A stretch of DNA of 64,000 nucleotides from a virus (taxonomy: Duplodnaviria > Heunggongvirae > Uroviricota > Caudoviricetes), in the IMG/VR virus record IMGVR_UViG_3300025782_000009; one strand, 5' to 3'. Each line of letters opens with the position of its first letter. Position 1 is the stretch's first letter. Below, one piece after another: positions 6,431 through 14,545 of the stretch. The notes under the pieces were generated by a model. The model did not search any database. It saw only the letters and a program-made list of their open reading frames with translations, and was not told where the DNA came from. Both the position numbers and the translations under genes were made by a program.

Positions 6431-7868
6431 TCCATCTCATTACTGGAACAGCCATTGAATTACCAAGTGCTTTATATCTTGGACCATCGGGCGTGTCTTT
6501 CCCTTTTGGCTTGATGTCGGTGTAATTATCAGGGAATCCTTGCAGTCTCTCGCATTCAACTGGCGTTAATCTTCTAACTGCCATAGACGCCTGATAAACC
6601 GCATTAACTTGCTGAGTAACTTCTGAGGATTGCGGTGACCTTGAAGGGTCATTTGTAGTTAGCGTTGGAGCAATAACAGTTCCAATTGATTCATTTACTC
6701 CGCCTTGTGGGCTTTTAATAGTTTGATTGACATCCGATAACGAATGGTTGTAGGTGTCAAAAGCAGCAACTCCATGACTATGTGCTTTTGTTAGAGTTGG
6801 ACATGGATCACCTGGATTTCCTATTCCAAAACCTCTGCGATTATCTTCTTTATCTCTACCTAACAAATTCATGGTATTTAAAGGTATTGGTTGTGCAACT
6901 CCATGCACACCCGTAGCATTAAGGGTATACATCGGACCACCCTCTGTAAATCCATCCCCATTACCGCCATTCTGCGGTTGCCTACCAATAGTATTCTCTG
7001 CCAATGCTATCGCCTGAACGAATGGAGTATTACCTCCGCCAGTACCCCAACTAGACGTTACAGTTTGGCATACATCACCCATTAGCTTGACCCTGGAGTC
7101 ACTTGGGTGGTTCTCATACACTACGCACTCTTCATGGTTGTTGCGACTCGCTCCAAAACGTGCCGTAATAGTTCCTGCAACTTGTGGATCACGAGGCTCT
7201 ACTATGCACTTTCCTTCAGATACATATTGATTACCTACTCCTTTGAAGTCTCTAGCGCACAACGCTCCAACGCTATCTGTAGAGCTTCTGGCAATTTCTT
7301 TCCTCTGCTCTCTGCTCGGCGGAGGATTCCCGCGCAAGCTTTCTGGCTCAAAAAGAACCTTTGCGGCAGACTCCCAGTCTCCAAGACATCCGACAACAAA
7401 CACACGACGGCGTCGTTGGGCCACTCCGAAGTACTGAGCGTCAAGGACTCGATAGCTCCACCCATACCCGAGTTCTGCCACCGCCCCGAGGAAGGAACCA
7501 AAATCCCGTCCTCCATTTGAACTGAGGACACCCGGCACGTTTTCCCATACGAACCACTTGGGTCTAAACTTATCAAGAATTCCGCAATAGACGAGCATAA
7601 GGTTTCCCCTTGGATCTTCAAGTCCTTTTCTGAGCCCGGCAACGGAAAAAGATTGGCAAGGTGTTCCACCGACCAGAAGGTTAACTGTTCCAAGATCCCA
7701 CTCCTTATATTTAGTCATATCCCCAAGATTAGGGACGTTTGGGTAATGATGTTTTAATACTTCGCTTGGGAACTTTTCAATCTCACTGAAACCGACTGCC
7801 TCCCAGCCCATGTGATGCCATGCTACTGTGGCGGCCTCAATACCCGCGCATACGCTTAGATATCTCAT
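6402..7868 (-). CDS. DNA (cytosine-5)-methyltransferase, orphan, with a large variable (TRD) insertion
   Basis: C5-MTase motifs are present in order: motif I VCAGIEAA, motif IV GGTPCQSFSVAG, motif VI ENVPG, motif VIII QRRRRVFVVG, then QGFPDNY and motif X ALGNSMAVPV after an insert of about 230 aa. No restriction endonuclease lies adjacent. Confidence 0.9.
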   Translation of the reverse strand: MRYLSVCAGIEAATVAWHHMGWEAVGFSEIEKFPSEVLKHHYPNVPNLGDMTKYKEWDLGTVNLLVGGTPCQSFSVAGLRKGLEDPRGNLMLVYCGILDKFRPKWFVWENVPGVLSSNGGRDFGSFLGAVAELGYGWSYRVLDAQYFGVAQRRRRVFVVGCLGDWESAAKVLFEPESLRGNPPPSREQRKEIARSSTDSVGALCARDFKGVGNQYVSEGKCIVEPRDPQVAGTITARFGASRNNHEECVVYENHPSDSRVKLMGDVCQTVTSSWGTGGGNTPFVQAIALAENTIGRQPQNGGNGDGFTEGGPMYTLNATGVHGVAQPIPLNTMNLLGRDKEDNRRGFGIGNPGDPCPTLTKAHSHGVAAFDTYNHSLSDVNQTIKSPQGGVNESIGTVIAPTLTTNDPSRSPQSSEVTQQVNAVYQASMAVRRLTPVECERLQGFPDNYTDIKPKGKDTPDGPRYKALGNSMAVPVMRWIGERINGSA

Positions 7869-8065
7869 GTATTGCGCTCCCTCAATATTTTCTCAACCCA
7901 CTCTGCAACCCGGTGGGGGTCGTTTGCTAATAATGGATTGAAGTCGTTCCAGTCAGCGCCATTCAACCCTACCCAGCCCTTCCATCTCGGCTCTGAAATA
8001 GATTTGTTCTGCATCTTTATCTCACGCTCTATGCGCTCAAACTCTTCGTCTTCAGGTGTCTTCAT
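7865..8065 (-). CDS. Small protein (66 aa), a divergent member of the WVGL...KEKNT-type cassette family
   Basis: The C-terminus KGWVGLNGADWNDF...VAEWVEKILRERNT resembles the cassette-array C-terminal module. The nucleotide core CAACCCTACCCA is present at 7966. ATGA coupling to the methyltransferase gene. Confidence 0.5.
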   Translation of the reverse strand: MKTPEDEEFERIEREIKMQNKSISEPRWKGWVGLNGADWNDFNPLLANDPHRVAEWVEKILRERNT

Positions 8066-8238
8066 TTTTTCTTCGCCTTCTTTAATAGCTTTTGCTGGAT
8101 CAAAGCATGACCAACCCTACCCCTGATGTAATCATTATTGGTATAGCCAAAATACGCCGCAAAATCTAGCTCTTCCTTGAAAATTACGATCCTTAACTTA
8201 ATCTTTCCCTTTTTGTTTTTAACTATTACTGGAATCAT
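8062..8238 (-). CDS. Hypothetical small basic protein (58 aa), below the ORF-track cutoff
   Basis: Hand-translated as MIPVIVKNKKGKIKLRIVIFKEELDFAAYFGYTNNDYIRGRVGHALIQQKLLKKAKKK. Its start overlaps the helicase stop (ATGA) and its stop overlaps the next start (ATGA). Confidence 0.35.
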   Translation of the reverse strand: MIPVIVKNKKGKIKLRIVIFKEELDFAAYFGYTNNDYIRGRVGHALIQQKLLKKAKKK

Positions 8239-9722
8239 CTTGCCCTCTTCATCTTTCTTATGTATGCCTTGATTCTGGAGTCAATAAACTTCTCCACTTC
8301 CAGGCTGGGTTGCTTGGGTGTATCGGATAAATTCTTAGGCCATACCCCAAACTTGTCTTTGTAGGTGTGAGCTGCCCTGCCCTGCGACCACCCGGAATGA
8401 TGCGTATACCACTGCAACTGCGACCACCAGTCCTGCTTATTCTCCCTAGACATAGTTGCTAGTTCTGACATCTCGCCGGGTACGGATTCCACCTTGTTTT
8501 TACGCTCTCTGACATGCCCGCAATGGCTACATACATCCATATACCCAGGCATATATGCCGAGCACTTAGGACATTTAGCCTCTTTCTTTTCCATCTCTGT
8601 TGGCTCTTTCTTAGGCTTCTCCTTGCTATCGTCCAACTGGCTGACACCGTTTTCGTATACGTCTTCCCAGTCCTCACGAAATCTTAAGTAGTTACCGCTA
8701 TGGTCTAACCAAACCGCGTAAGGCTTAGATTCAGGATCATCCTGGTTTGACCTCATCACGCGCCCCATTTGCTGAATGTGGCTGGATAGTGACTTGGAGA
8801 ATGGACGAGCTGATACCCCGATCATTACGTCTGGTGTGTCAAATCCCTTGGTTAAGATATCTGTAGCTATGAGCCCATGTATCTCTGTGTCAGGCTTGCT
8901 GAACTCCGCAATGACTTCCTTCTTAAACTCATTATCATCCCTGTAGCTGATGGAGATAAAGTTATAGCCCTGCTCTGCAAACTTCTGGCTTAGATCTATC
9001 CCGTGCGCCACCCCCGAGCAAAACACAATAGTCTTCCTCGGTCTACCGAATATCTCATGTGTCTTCTTAATCCACTCGGTGACAATATCCCCGGTAATCT
9101 GCATTCCTCTTGTAGACGATTCCTTTTGTGACCATTCCCCGGCTACCTTCTTAACCCCCTCCATGTCTATCTCTTTGGCTACGAATACCCTCAAAGGCAC
9201 GAGCACACCCTGATCCACGAGTTCTTTTGTTGTTATTGTGGATACAACGTTTTGGTAAATCTTTCCTAGTCCCTTAGTGAATGGTGTAGCAGTTAAACCT
9301 ATTACTCTTACGTCTGGATTGTTCTTAATAAACTCTACTGTCTGATCCCGCGTCTGATGCGCCTCATCAACAATTAACAGTTGGAGCTCGGGTATCTCCC
9401 CCCTCTTTTCTAACGTTTGAGCTGAACATACCTGGATATGCTCATAGGGTCTGTACCGCCAGTGACCTGACTGTAACACCCCGTGATCAATCTTGTACCT
9501 ATCCAACCTTTGGCTGGTCTGGTCGCAAAGCACAATCCTATCTAGGATCATGGCTGACTTGTTTCCCTTGGATCTGGTGGCTTCTAAGAGGGCAATAGCC
9601 ATCTCGGTTTTCCCACCTCCCGTCCCAAGATAAAGTATTTGGCTTCGGTATCCTTTGGCAAAACCTTCTCGGAGCTTCTGCAACCCAAGCTCTTGATAGC
9701 TTCTTAACTTTAGGCTAGACAC
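8235..9722 (-). CDS. Superfamily 2 DEAD/DEAH-box DNA helicase with a C-terminal zinc ribbon
   Basis: Motif I GTGGGKT, motif II DEAH, motif III TATP and motif VI QQMGRVMR are present. The C-terminus has CPKC...CSHCGH. Confidence 0.85.
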   Translation of the reverse strand: MSSLKLRSYQELGLQKLREGFAKGYRSQILYLGTGGGKTEMAIALLEATRSKGNKSAMILDRIVLCDQTSQRLDRYKIDHGVLQSGHWRYRPYEHIQVCSAQTLEKRGEIPELQLLIVDEAHQTRDQTVEFIKNNPDVRVIGLTATPFTKGLGKIYQNVVSTITTKELVDQGVLVPLRVFVAKEIDMEGVKKVAGEWSQKESSTRGMQITGDIVTEWIKKTHEIFGRPRKTIVFCSGVAHGIDLSQKFAEQGYNFISISYRDDNEFKKEVIAEFSKPDTEIHGLIATDILTKGFDTPDVMIGVSARPFSKSLSSHIQQMGRVMRSNQDDPESKPYAVWLDHSGNYLRFREDWEDVYENGVSQLDDSKEKPKKEPTEMEKKEAKCPKCSAYMPGYMDVCSHCGHVRERKNKVESVPGEMSELATMSRENKQDWWSQLQWYTHHSGWSQGRAAHTYKDKFGVWPKNLSDTPKQPSLEVEKFIDSRIKAYIRKMKRAR

Positions 9723-9912
9723 TGTTGTTTTCCTTCTTTATTTCCTTCCACTCCCCGCCATTAACTGGCTGCCAACCATGCGTCTCGGTTAACACTTCGT
9801 TTTGATGCCACTGCTCAAGCACGGTAATGGTTTTGCCATCATTTGAATCATACTGATAAACTTGTTTATCTATCCATCTGAGTTGTGTTGTTGGTGTTCG
9901 TCTTGTGTTCAT
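9715..9912 (-). CDS. Small protein (65 aa), paralogue of the 12952..13152 product; the pair flanks the cassette array
   Basis: MNTRRTPTTQLRWIDKQVYQYDSNDGKTITVLEQWHQNEVLTETHGWQPVNGGEWKEIKKE versus MNKRLIPTTQLRWVDKKYYYYDSYDSQNQTIAVLEQWHQNEVLTENQGWQTVEGGEWKEIKKE. Confidence 0.5.
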   Translation of the reverse strand: MNTRRTPTTQLRWIDKQVYQYDSNDGKTITVLEQWHQNEVLTETHGWQPVNGGEWKEIKKENNSV

Positions 9913-10083
9913 TCGTTTTCCTTAAAGAAATCTTCTAAAACTTTTGCCGCCTTTTCGTCCATTCTGTCTTGCCAGTATTTTTTAGCAATGCTAGCTTCCT
10001 CTTCGGTCACTGGAATCCATTTGCCGTCCGCATCCTGCTTATTCCACCAAGGTTTGCCATCTTTATGCCCCAGAAACCACATG
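9910..10083 (-). CDS. Hypothetical small protein (57 aa), below the track cutoff
   Basis: Hand-translated as MWFLGHKDGKPWWNKQDADGKWIPVTEEEASIAKKYWQDRMDEKAAKVLEDFFKENE. The ATG sits inside the conserved junction aaggataagaatcATGtgg. ATGA coupling to the next gene. Confidence 0.4.
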
Positions 10084-10347
10084 ATTCTTATCCTTTAATT
10101 TAGCTTCTATACGCCTTGCATCAAGCAATAGCTGATCGTGGTTATAGTCAGGATCTCCTCTGTATGTACCAAAAATTCCAAAGATATCCTCATCTGTCAA
10201 CCCTACCCATTCTCTCCTCAATAAATTCTGAACATCGTTGCACATAACTTTTACTGAGTTGTAACCTTCGGCATCGCCACGGTCAGCGAGTTCATAGGCT
10301 TCTTGCATTATTCTGATTCTTATTGGTTCAAAATCTTTGTTATTCAT
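10063..10347 (-). CDS. Cassette-array protein (94 aa), mosaic
   Basis: Residues 1-55 are near-identical to the 12000..12290 product. The C-terminal module EWVGLTDEDIFGIFGTYRGDPDYNHDQLLLDARRIEAKLKDKNH equals that of the 12287..12601 product. The DNA blocks 10198-10347 and 12141-12290 are near-identical. Confidence 0.55.
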   Translation of the reverse strand: MNNKDFEPIRIRIMQEAYELADRGDAEGYNSVKVMCNDVQNLLRREWVGLTDEDIFGIFGTYRGDPDYNHDQLLLDARRIEAKLKDKNHVVSGA

Positions 10348-11051
10348 GTGTTGCGTTCCTTCAATTTAGCGTCTATTGCCTTAGCAAATCCAATCATGTC
10401 TGGAATACTACAATCTTCACCCACCCAAGATTCACTTAACCCCAAAACACCTTTGATGTCGTACTCAGTTAACTCTACCCATTCTGATTTAGCTTGATGG
10501 TATCCCTTGCTAAATCCTTCTCCATCAAAGTTTTTAATGTGTGTCTGCAAGTCAACGATGCGGGCTGTTTGGCGTTCTAGCATTGCGTGATTACCATCAA
10601 TTTCTTTATGCAAAGCATCGCACTCAGTTAATAAAAACTCAATGGCTTCTGCGGCATGTTCTGCTGTATTTGCTCGGGTCTTGTCCCTGAGTTGCTTAAC
10701 GTATTCTTGGCAAGAATCAATGCTCCAATGGCGTTTGTAGATGTCTTGTTCAGGTATTTCCTGCTCAATAATTTGTCCGTCTACAAACCACACTTTTTTC
10801 ATTTCTGTTGTCATTTCTCTGTCTCCTTTTGTGGCAAAGTTTTTTTTGCCGTACTGACAGCCTTTATTCTTGGTGTAACCGCAGTCACCACCGCATGATG
10901 GACATTGTTTCCATCTAGTCGGTTCATGTTCATTGCCAAAATCAACGTACCACGCCACAGACTTTTCCAGCGCATCTGCCGCTTCAAGTAACAGCAAGTG
11001 GTCAGGGCTTGTACCATCACCCAGCCGTAAGCGTTCAATTAAATCATTCAT
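10344..11051 (-). CDS. Cassette-array protein (235 aa) with a Cys-rich putative zinc-binding N-terminal domain
   Basis: The N-terminal 80 aa (MNDLIERLRLGDG...CPSCGGDCGYTKNKGCQYGKK) are identical to residues 10-90 of the 11382..11786 product. The C-terminus is SEWVELTEYD...AIDAKLKERNT. Confidence 0.55.
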   Translation of the reverse strand: MNDLIERLRLGDGTSPDHLLLLEAADALEKSVAWYVDFGNEHEPTRWKQCPSCGGDCGYTKNKGCQYGKKNFATKGDREMTTEMKKVWFVDGQIIEQEIPEQDIYKRHWSIDSCQEYVKQLRDKTRANTAEHAAEAIEFLLTECDALHKEIDGNHAMLERQTARIVDLQTHIKNFDGEGFSKGYHQAKSEWVELTEYDIKGVLGLSESWVGEDCSIPDMIGFAKAIDAKLKERNT

Positions 11052-11394
11052 GATTTTTTTCCTTTAATTTATCTTCAACCATCCGCATTGCATCTATGTA
11101 GTCTTGCACCGAAATCATGGGCGTTTTGATCTTCATTTGCAATTGAAAATATTCCTCATCCGTCAGACCTGCCCATTCTTTAGTTTGTAATGGAATCTTT
11201 GGTTTAATGTAATAATATTTCCATCCCCTAGGAATCTCTACGCCTTGACCAACACCATCCACTACTTCGTATTCTTTCTCTTGCTTTAGTGCTTCTCTCA
11301 GGTTCTGCCACTCAATAGTGCAAGGTCTGCACTTATCTGCATGGGGAGCAAAGGCATCTACCATTCTTTGTGCCGCTTCTTTTAATTTATGCAT
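11044..11394 (-). CDS. Cassette-array protein (116 aa)
   Basis: C-terminal module KEWAGLTDEEYFQLQ...VEDKLKEKNHE. Preceded by the conserved AAGGAGAAGAACACATG junction. Confidence 0.55.
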   Translation of the reverse strand: MHKLKEAAQRMVDAFAPHADKCRPCTIEWQNLREALKQEKEYEVVDGVGQGVEIPRGWKYYYIKPKIPLQTKEWAGLTDEEYFQLQMKIKTPMISVQDYIDAMRMVEDKLKEKNHE

Positions 11395-11786
11395 GTGTTC
11401 TTCTCCTTAAATTTAGCTTCTATTGCTTTTGCTAATTTAGTTGGAAAACCTGCGTTTTTTATTACCAAATCAACAATTTCCTCATCTGTTAACCCTACCC
11501 ATTCTTTAGGTTCACCCTGCTCTTGCGATGTCAACATATCAGGCAAAGTTTTTTTGCCGTACTGACAGCCTTTATTCTTGGTGTAACCGCAGTCACCACC
11601 GCATGATGGACATTGTTTCCATCTAGTCGGTTCATGTTCATTGCCAAAATCAACGTACCACGCCACAGACTTTTCCAGCGCATCTGCCGCTTCAAGTAAC
11701 AGCAAGTGGTCAGGGCTTGTACCATCACCCAGCCGTAAGCGTTCAATTAAATCATTCATGTGTTTTCTCCCTGAGTTTGATTTCAA
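11382..11786 (-). CDS. Cassette-array protein; the probable start is the internal ATG at 11759 (MNDLIERL...)
   Basis: Shares its N-terminus with the 10344..11051 product. The C-terminus is KEWVGLTDEEIVDLVIKNAGFPTKLAKAIEAKFKEKNT. The DNA repeat 11530-11786 is approximately equal to 10810-11051. Confidence 0.55.
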   Translation of the reverse strand: MKSNSGRKHMNDLIERLRLGDGTSPDHLLLLEAADALEKSVAWYVDFGNEHEPTRWKQCPSCGGDCGYTKNKGCQYGKKTLPDMLTSQEQGEPKEWVGLTDEEIVDLVIKNAGFPTKLAKAIEAKFKEKNTCIN

Positions 11787-12003
11787 TGGCTTCTAGCGTT
11801 GATGCGGTAATGCGATAAAACCCAATGGGCGTATCTGGATACCACTGCAACACCCAGACGCTATCTTCCGCTACAGCCTTGTGCCATTCTTCTGGTGAAA
11901 CAAAACAGTCGGCTTCATAAAATTCTTCAACAGTTTCGTAAACATCACGGTGTTCATTGTGACTCAGATGTAAACCACATTTGTGTTCTGGTAACCAGTT
12001 CAT
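11752..12003 (-). CDS. Cassette-array protein (83 aa)
   Basis: Ends ...TLEAIEIKLREKTHE. ATGA coupling. Confidence 0.5.
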   Translation of the reverse strand: MNWLPEHKCGLHLSHNEHRDVYETVEEFYEADCFVSPEEWHKAVAEDSVWVLQWYPDTPIGFYRITASTLEAIEIKLREKTHE

Positions 12004-12290
12004 GTGTTCTTCTCCTTAAATTTAGCTTCTATTGCTCTGCCTACTTCAAATATATTCACACTTCCTTTGACTCCACCTTTAGGGTCAACAACTTTAAGAT
12101 GACAACTCTCGTCAAAACAATCTTCTATTTGCTCATTAGTCAACCCTACCCATTCTCTCCTCAATAAATTCTGAACATCGTTGCACATAACTTTTACTGA
12201 GTTGTAACCTTCGGAATCGCCACGGTCAGCGAGTTCATAGGCTTCTTGCATTATTCTGATTCTTATTGGTTCAAAATCTTTGTTATTCAT
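12000..12290 (-). CDS. Cassette-array protein (96 aa)
   Basis: The N-terminal 55 aa are identical to the 10063..10347 product. The C-terminus is REWVGLTNEQIEDC...GRAIEAKFKEKNT. Confidence 0.55.
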   Translation of the reverse strand: MNNKDFEPIRIRIMQEAYELADRGDSEGYNSVKVMCNDVQNLLRREWVGLTNEQIEDCFDESCHLKVVDPKGGVKGSVNIFEVGRAIEAKFKEKNT

Positions 12291-12601
12291 GTGTTAAGCC
12301 CCTTAATCTTAGATTCAATACGCCTTGCATCAAGTAATAGCTGGTCGTGGTTATAGTCAGGATCTCCTCTGTATGTACCGAAGATGCCAAAGATATCCTC
12401 GTCAGTCAACCCTACCCATTCTTTGTATTCAACCATTGGTACGCACTCGCTTTGATAGTTTGCATCCCACTGGTTTGCTACGCATACGCACCCGCGCTCA
12501 TGGCATCCGATATCCACCATGAGAATTTTGTCTGAGTCCCAGGGTGTCTGCATCTTTTTTATTTCATTCATGTGTTCTTCTCCAATTGTTTGTTGATCCA
12601 C
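12287..12601 (-). CDS. Cassette-array protein; the probable start is the internal ATG at 12571 (MNEIKKMQTPW...)
   Basis: The C-terminus KEWVGLTDEDIFGIFGTYRGDPDYNHDQLLLDARRIESKIKGLNT duplicates the C-terminus of the 10063..10347 product. The N-terminal part is Cys-rich (GCHERGCVCV). Confidence 0.55.
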   Translation of the reverse strand: MDQQTIGEEHMNEIKKMQTPWDSDKILMVDIGCHERGCVCVANQWDANYQSECVPMVEYKEWVGLTDEDIFGIFGTYRGDPDYNHDQLLLDARRIESKIKGLNT

Positions 12602-12822
12602 TCATCCAACTTTTCATGCAACCATTCAATATTACGCTCACCAACTGATTTGCCGTTGTTTGTTATTCTAGGGTCAGTCAAAATATCTTTAATAACATCC
12701 CCTGAAGTGAACGTGATAGTGGTTCCATCATGCATCGTGTTTACACTTAAGCCGACTCCTTTATGAGAAACGCCAAACCCCGCTGTTAAAACTTCATTCA
12801 TTTTCGCTCTCCATAACATCAA
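12568..12822 (-). CDS. Cassette-array protein (84 aa or shorter)
   Basis: Ends ...NIEWLHEKLDEWINKQLEKNT, followed by an overlapping start. Confidence 0.5.
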   Translation of the reverse strand: MMLWRAKMNEVLTAGFGVSHKGVGLSVNTMHDGTTITFTSGDVIKDILTDPRITNNGKSVGERNIEWLHEKLDEWINKQLEKNT

Positions 12823-13045
12823 TAATTAACTGTTGCTTTACTAATTCCAAACAACCGATTGCGGTTGCTGTGTAAAGCGCTTCATCGTACTTGTGGATTA
12901 GTTCTAGCATTTCTTCAACAAGACTATCCGCTAATTTGCCTTGACTAAAGTTCATGGATTTTGCTCCTTTTTTATTTCCTTCCACTCCCCGCCCTCCACT
13001 GTTTGCCAACCTTGGTTTTCGGTCAATACTTCGTTTTGATGCCAC
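12794..13045 (-). CDS. Hypothetical small protein; the probable start is the internal ATG at 12955 (53 aa)
   Basis: The ATG at 12955 overlaps the stop of the upstream 66-aa gene (ATGA). Confidence 0.4.
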   Translation of the reverse strand: MASKRSIDRKPRLANSGGRGVEGNKKGAKSMNFSQGKLADSLVEEMLELIHKYDEALYTATAIGCLELVKQQLIIDVMESENE

Positions 13046-13152
13046 TGCTCAAGCACGGCTATGGTTTGATTTTGGCTGTCGTAGGAATCGTAGTAATAAT
13101 ATTTTTTATCTACCCATCTGAGTTGTGTTGTTGGTATTAGTCTTTTATTCAT
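12952..13152 (-). CDS. Small protein (66 aa), paralogue of the 9715..9912 product
   Basis: Shares LRW.DK..Y.YDS....TI.VLEQWHQNEVLTE..GWQ.V.GGEWKEIKKE with the 9715..9912 product. Confidence 0.5.
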   Translation of the reverse strand: MNKRLIPTTQLRWVDKKYYYYDSYDSQNQTIAVLEQWHQNEVLTENQGWQTVEGGEWKEIKKEQNP

Positions 13153-13964
13153 ATGATCTCCGTTTCGAGCTTCTTAATCTTTTTCTCGAGCCATTTGATT
13201 TGCTTCTTTAATTCATCATTCTCATTCTGAAACTGATCCCGGCTGAGCTTTACCGCCTTCAGCTCCATCTCCATGTCTTTGATCTGCTGGCGTAGTTCAG
13301 TGATGTGCTCTTCTGTATGAGTTGGATCTGCCGATACTGTTACCGCCAACTGATCCAATAGCTTTTGATTCTCTTCAATCAATATTTCCAGGGCTTCATT
13401 GGCTGTATCTAGCTTAGATTCATTGACCACTGGATCGGGCGCAACACTAGGCTTGATTTTCTTTGTCTCCGTCTTGGGCTTTACCTTGCGCTCAATGACC
13501 TCTCCCTCTGAGTTCTTATACTTAATGCTCTCAGGTTGTTTGCCCTTGCGCTGCTTGGCTACAAAGGCTTCTGATACGTTACATTGCCTGGCTATTTCTG
13601 CCGTGCTCCAGTTTGACCACTCAAAGTTATCGAGCATCATCATTACTGCGTTACGCTTGTCCTCTATCGTCCTGGGCTTGCCGTGCTTGTCGTTAGCCCC
13701 TACCGCGTAGAGCACCGCATCTGATAGCGTTCCTGCCGTTACTTCTGCTTCAATGCCTGTGCGCTTAGCCTTCTGGGCTGCATGGAATCTGTGGAATCCA
13801 TCTGCCAGGTAGTAATGAACGCCATCGTGGAATATGCGTACCGGGGGAAACTCCGCTCCCGATAGCATCGCTTCGCAGTATTCATCTACTGTTGGCTGGT
13901 CAATCTCCTTTCTGCTCTGTGTGCCACAGTCAATTCTGATCTTCTTTATGGTTACTATTTGCAT
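13149..13964 (-). CDS. ParB-like nuclease-domain protein with a C-terminal coiled coil
   Basis: PVRIFHDGVHYYLADGFHRFHAAQKAKRTGIEAEV matches the ParB/Srx N-terminal domain signature. The C-terminal third is heptad-rich (ELKKQIKWLEKKIKKLE). Confidence 0.7.
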   Translation of the reverse strand: MQIVTIKKIRIDCGTQSRKEIDQPTVDEYCEAMLSGAEFPPVRIFHDGVHYYLADGFHRFHAAQKAKRTGIEAEVTAGTLSDAVLYAVGANDKHGKPRTIEDKRNAVMMMLDNFEWSNWSTAEIARQCNVSEAFVAKQRKGKQPESIKYKNSEGEVIERKVKPKTETKKIKPSVAPDPVVNESKLDTANEALEILIEENQKLLDQLAVTVSADPTHTEEHITELRQQIKDMEMELKAVKLSRDQFQNENDELKKQIKWLEKKIKKLETEII

Positions 13965-14163
13965 GGTTAATTCCTTCCTCTTTTAAATTAAATGTTTGAC
14001 CGCATTTTGTGCAGCGGTATATCTTCCTGAAAATCTGCTGAATCTCTCCAGTCCTTACTCCAAACTCTCTGCCCTCGTATGTGTTGATTGTCTCAATCAT
14101 CATCGTCTCCTTCGCAGCTGCTGCATCCAGGGTGATCTGGGTCTCTGCAATCTGGGTGTGCAA
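13930..14163 (-). CDS. Small protein with a classic C2H2 zinc finger. The real start is probably internal (MMIETIN..., about 14103), coupled to an upstream 49-aa ORF (14096..14242)
   Basis: YRCTKCGQTFNLKEEGINHANSNH has the spacing C-x2-C-x12-H-x4-H. Confidence 0.5.
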   Translation of the reverse strand: MHTQIAETQITLDAAAAKETMMIETINTYEGREFGVRTGEIQQIFRKIYRCTKCGQTFNLKEEGINHANSNHKEDQN

Positions 14164-14356
14164 TCAAATGACCTTGATACCTTCTGCTCCAAAACGCCTG
14201 GGCTTGCAACTCAGCTATCTCTGGGTCTTCGTCTTCCATCATCGTAATCTCCTAAGATAAAAATTATGTAACAAAATACTGCCGTGATCCATACCGCCCC
14301 CAGCCCGAGAACAGCTATGAGTATTAAAAATTCAAGCACATCGTTCATTCTTATTC

Positions 14357-14545
14357 CTATATTGTTCCGTGCATGATTCGCTTTCTACACTCCTGCTTCA
14401 CTTCGATTGGTATGTCTGGTGATATCTCTGACCAGTCGCATCGGTATATCACTACGCCATCGTGCGCTGATCCCGCCCATATCCCTAAAGTTAGTACAGC
14501 TGCGCCTATGCAAACATAGACAACAAACTTTAATAACTCACTCAT
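14357..14545 (-). CDS. Small membrane protein (62 aa)
   Basis: FVVYVCIGAAVLTLGIWAGSA is a hydrophobic segment. Confidence 0.4.
   Translation of the reverse strand: MSELLKFVVYVCIGAAVLTLGIWAGSAHDGVVIYRCDWSEISPDIPIEVKQECRKRIMHGTI

Noticed and set aside
10811-11038. Identical alternate-frame ORFs 10811..11038 and 11531..11746 (MNAYGWVMVQ...)
   Set aside because: They are identical only because the underlying DNA is duplicated. Both lie in the -1 frame of the Cys-rich cassette genes and lack independent translation signals.
12380-12420. Third hammerhead-like CUGACGAG on the minus strand
   Set aside because: It lies inside the coding sequence for LTDEDIFGIF. There is no GAAA after a stem II and no stem I or III partners.
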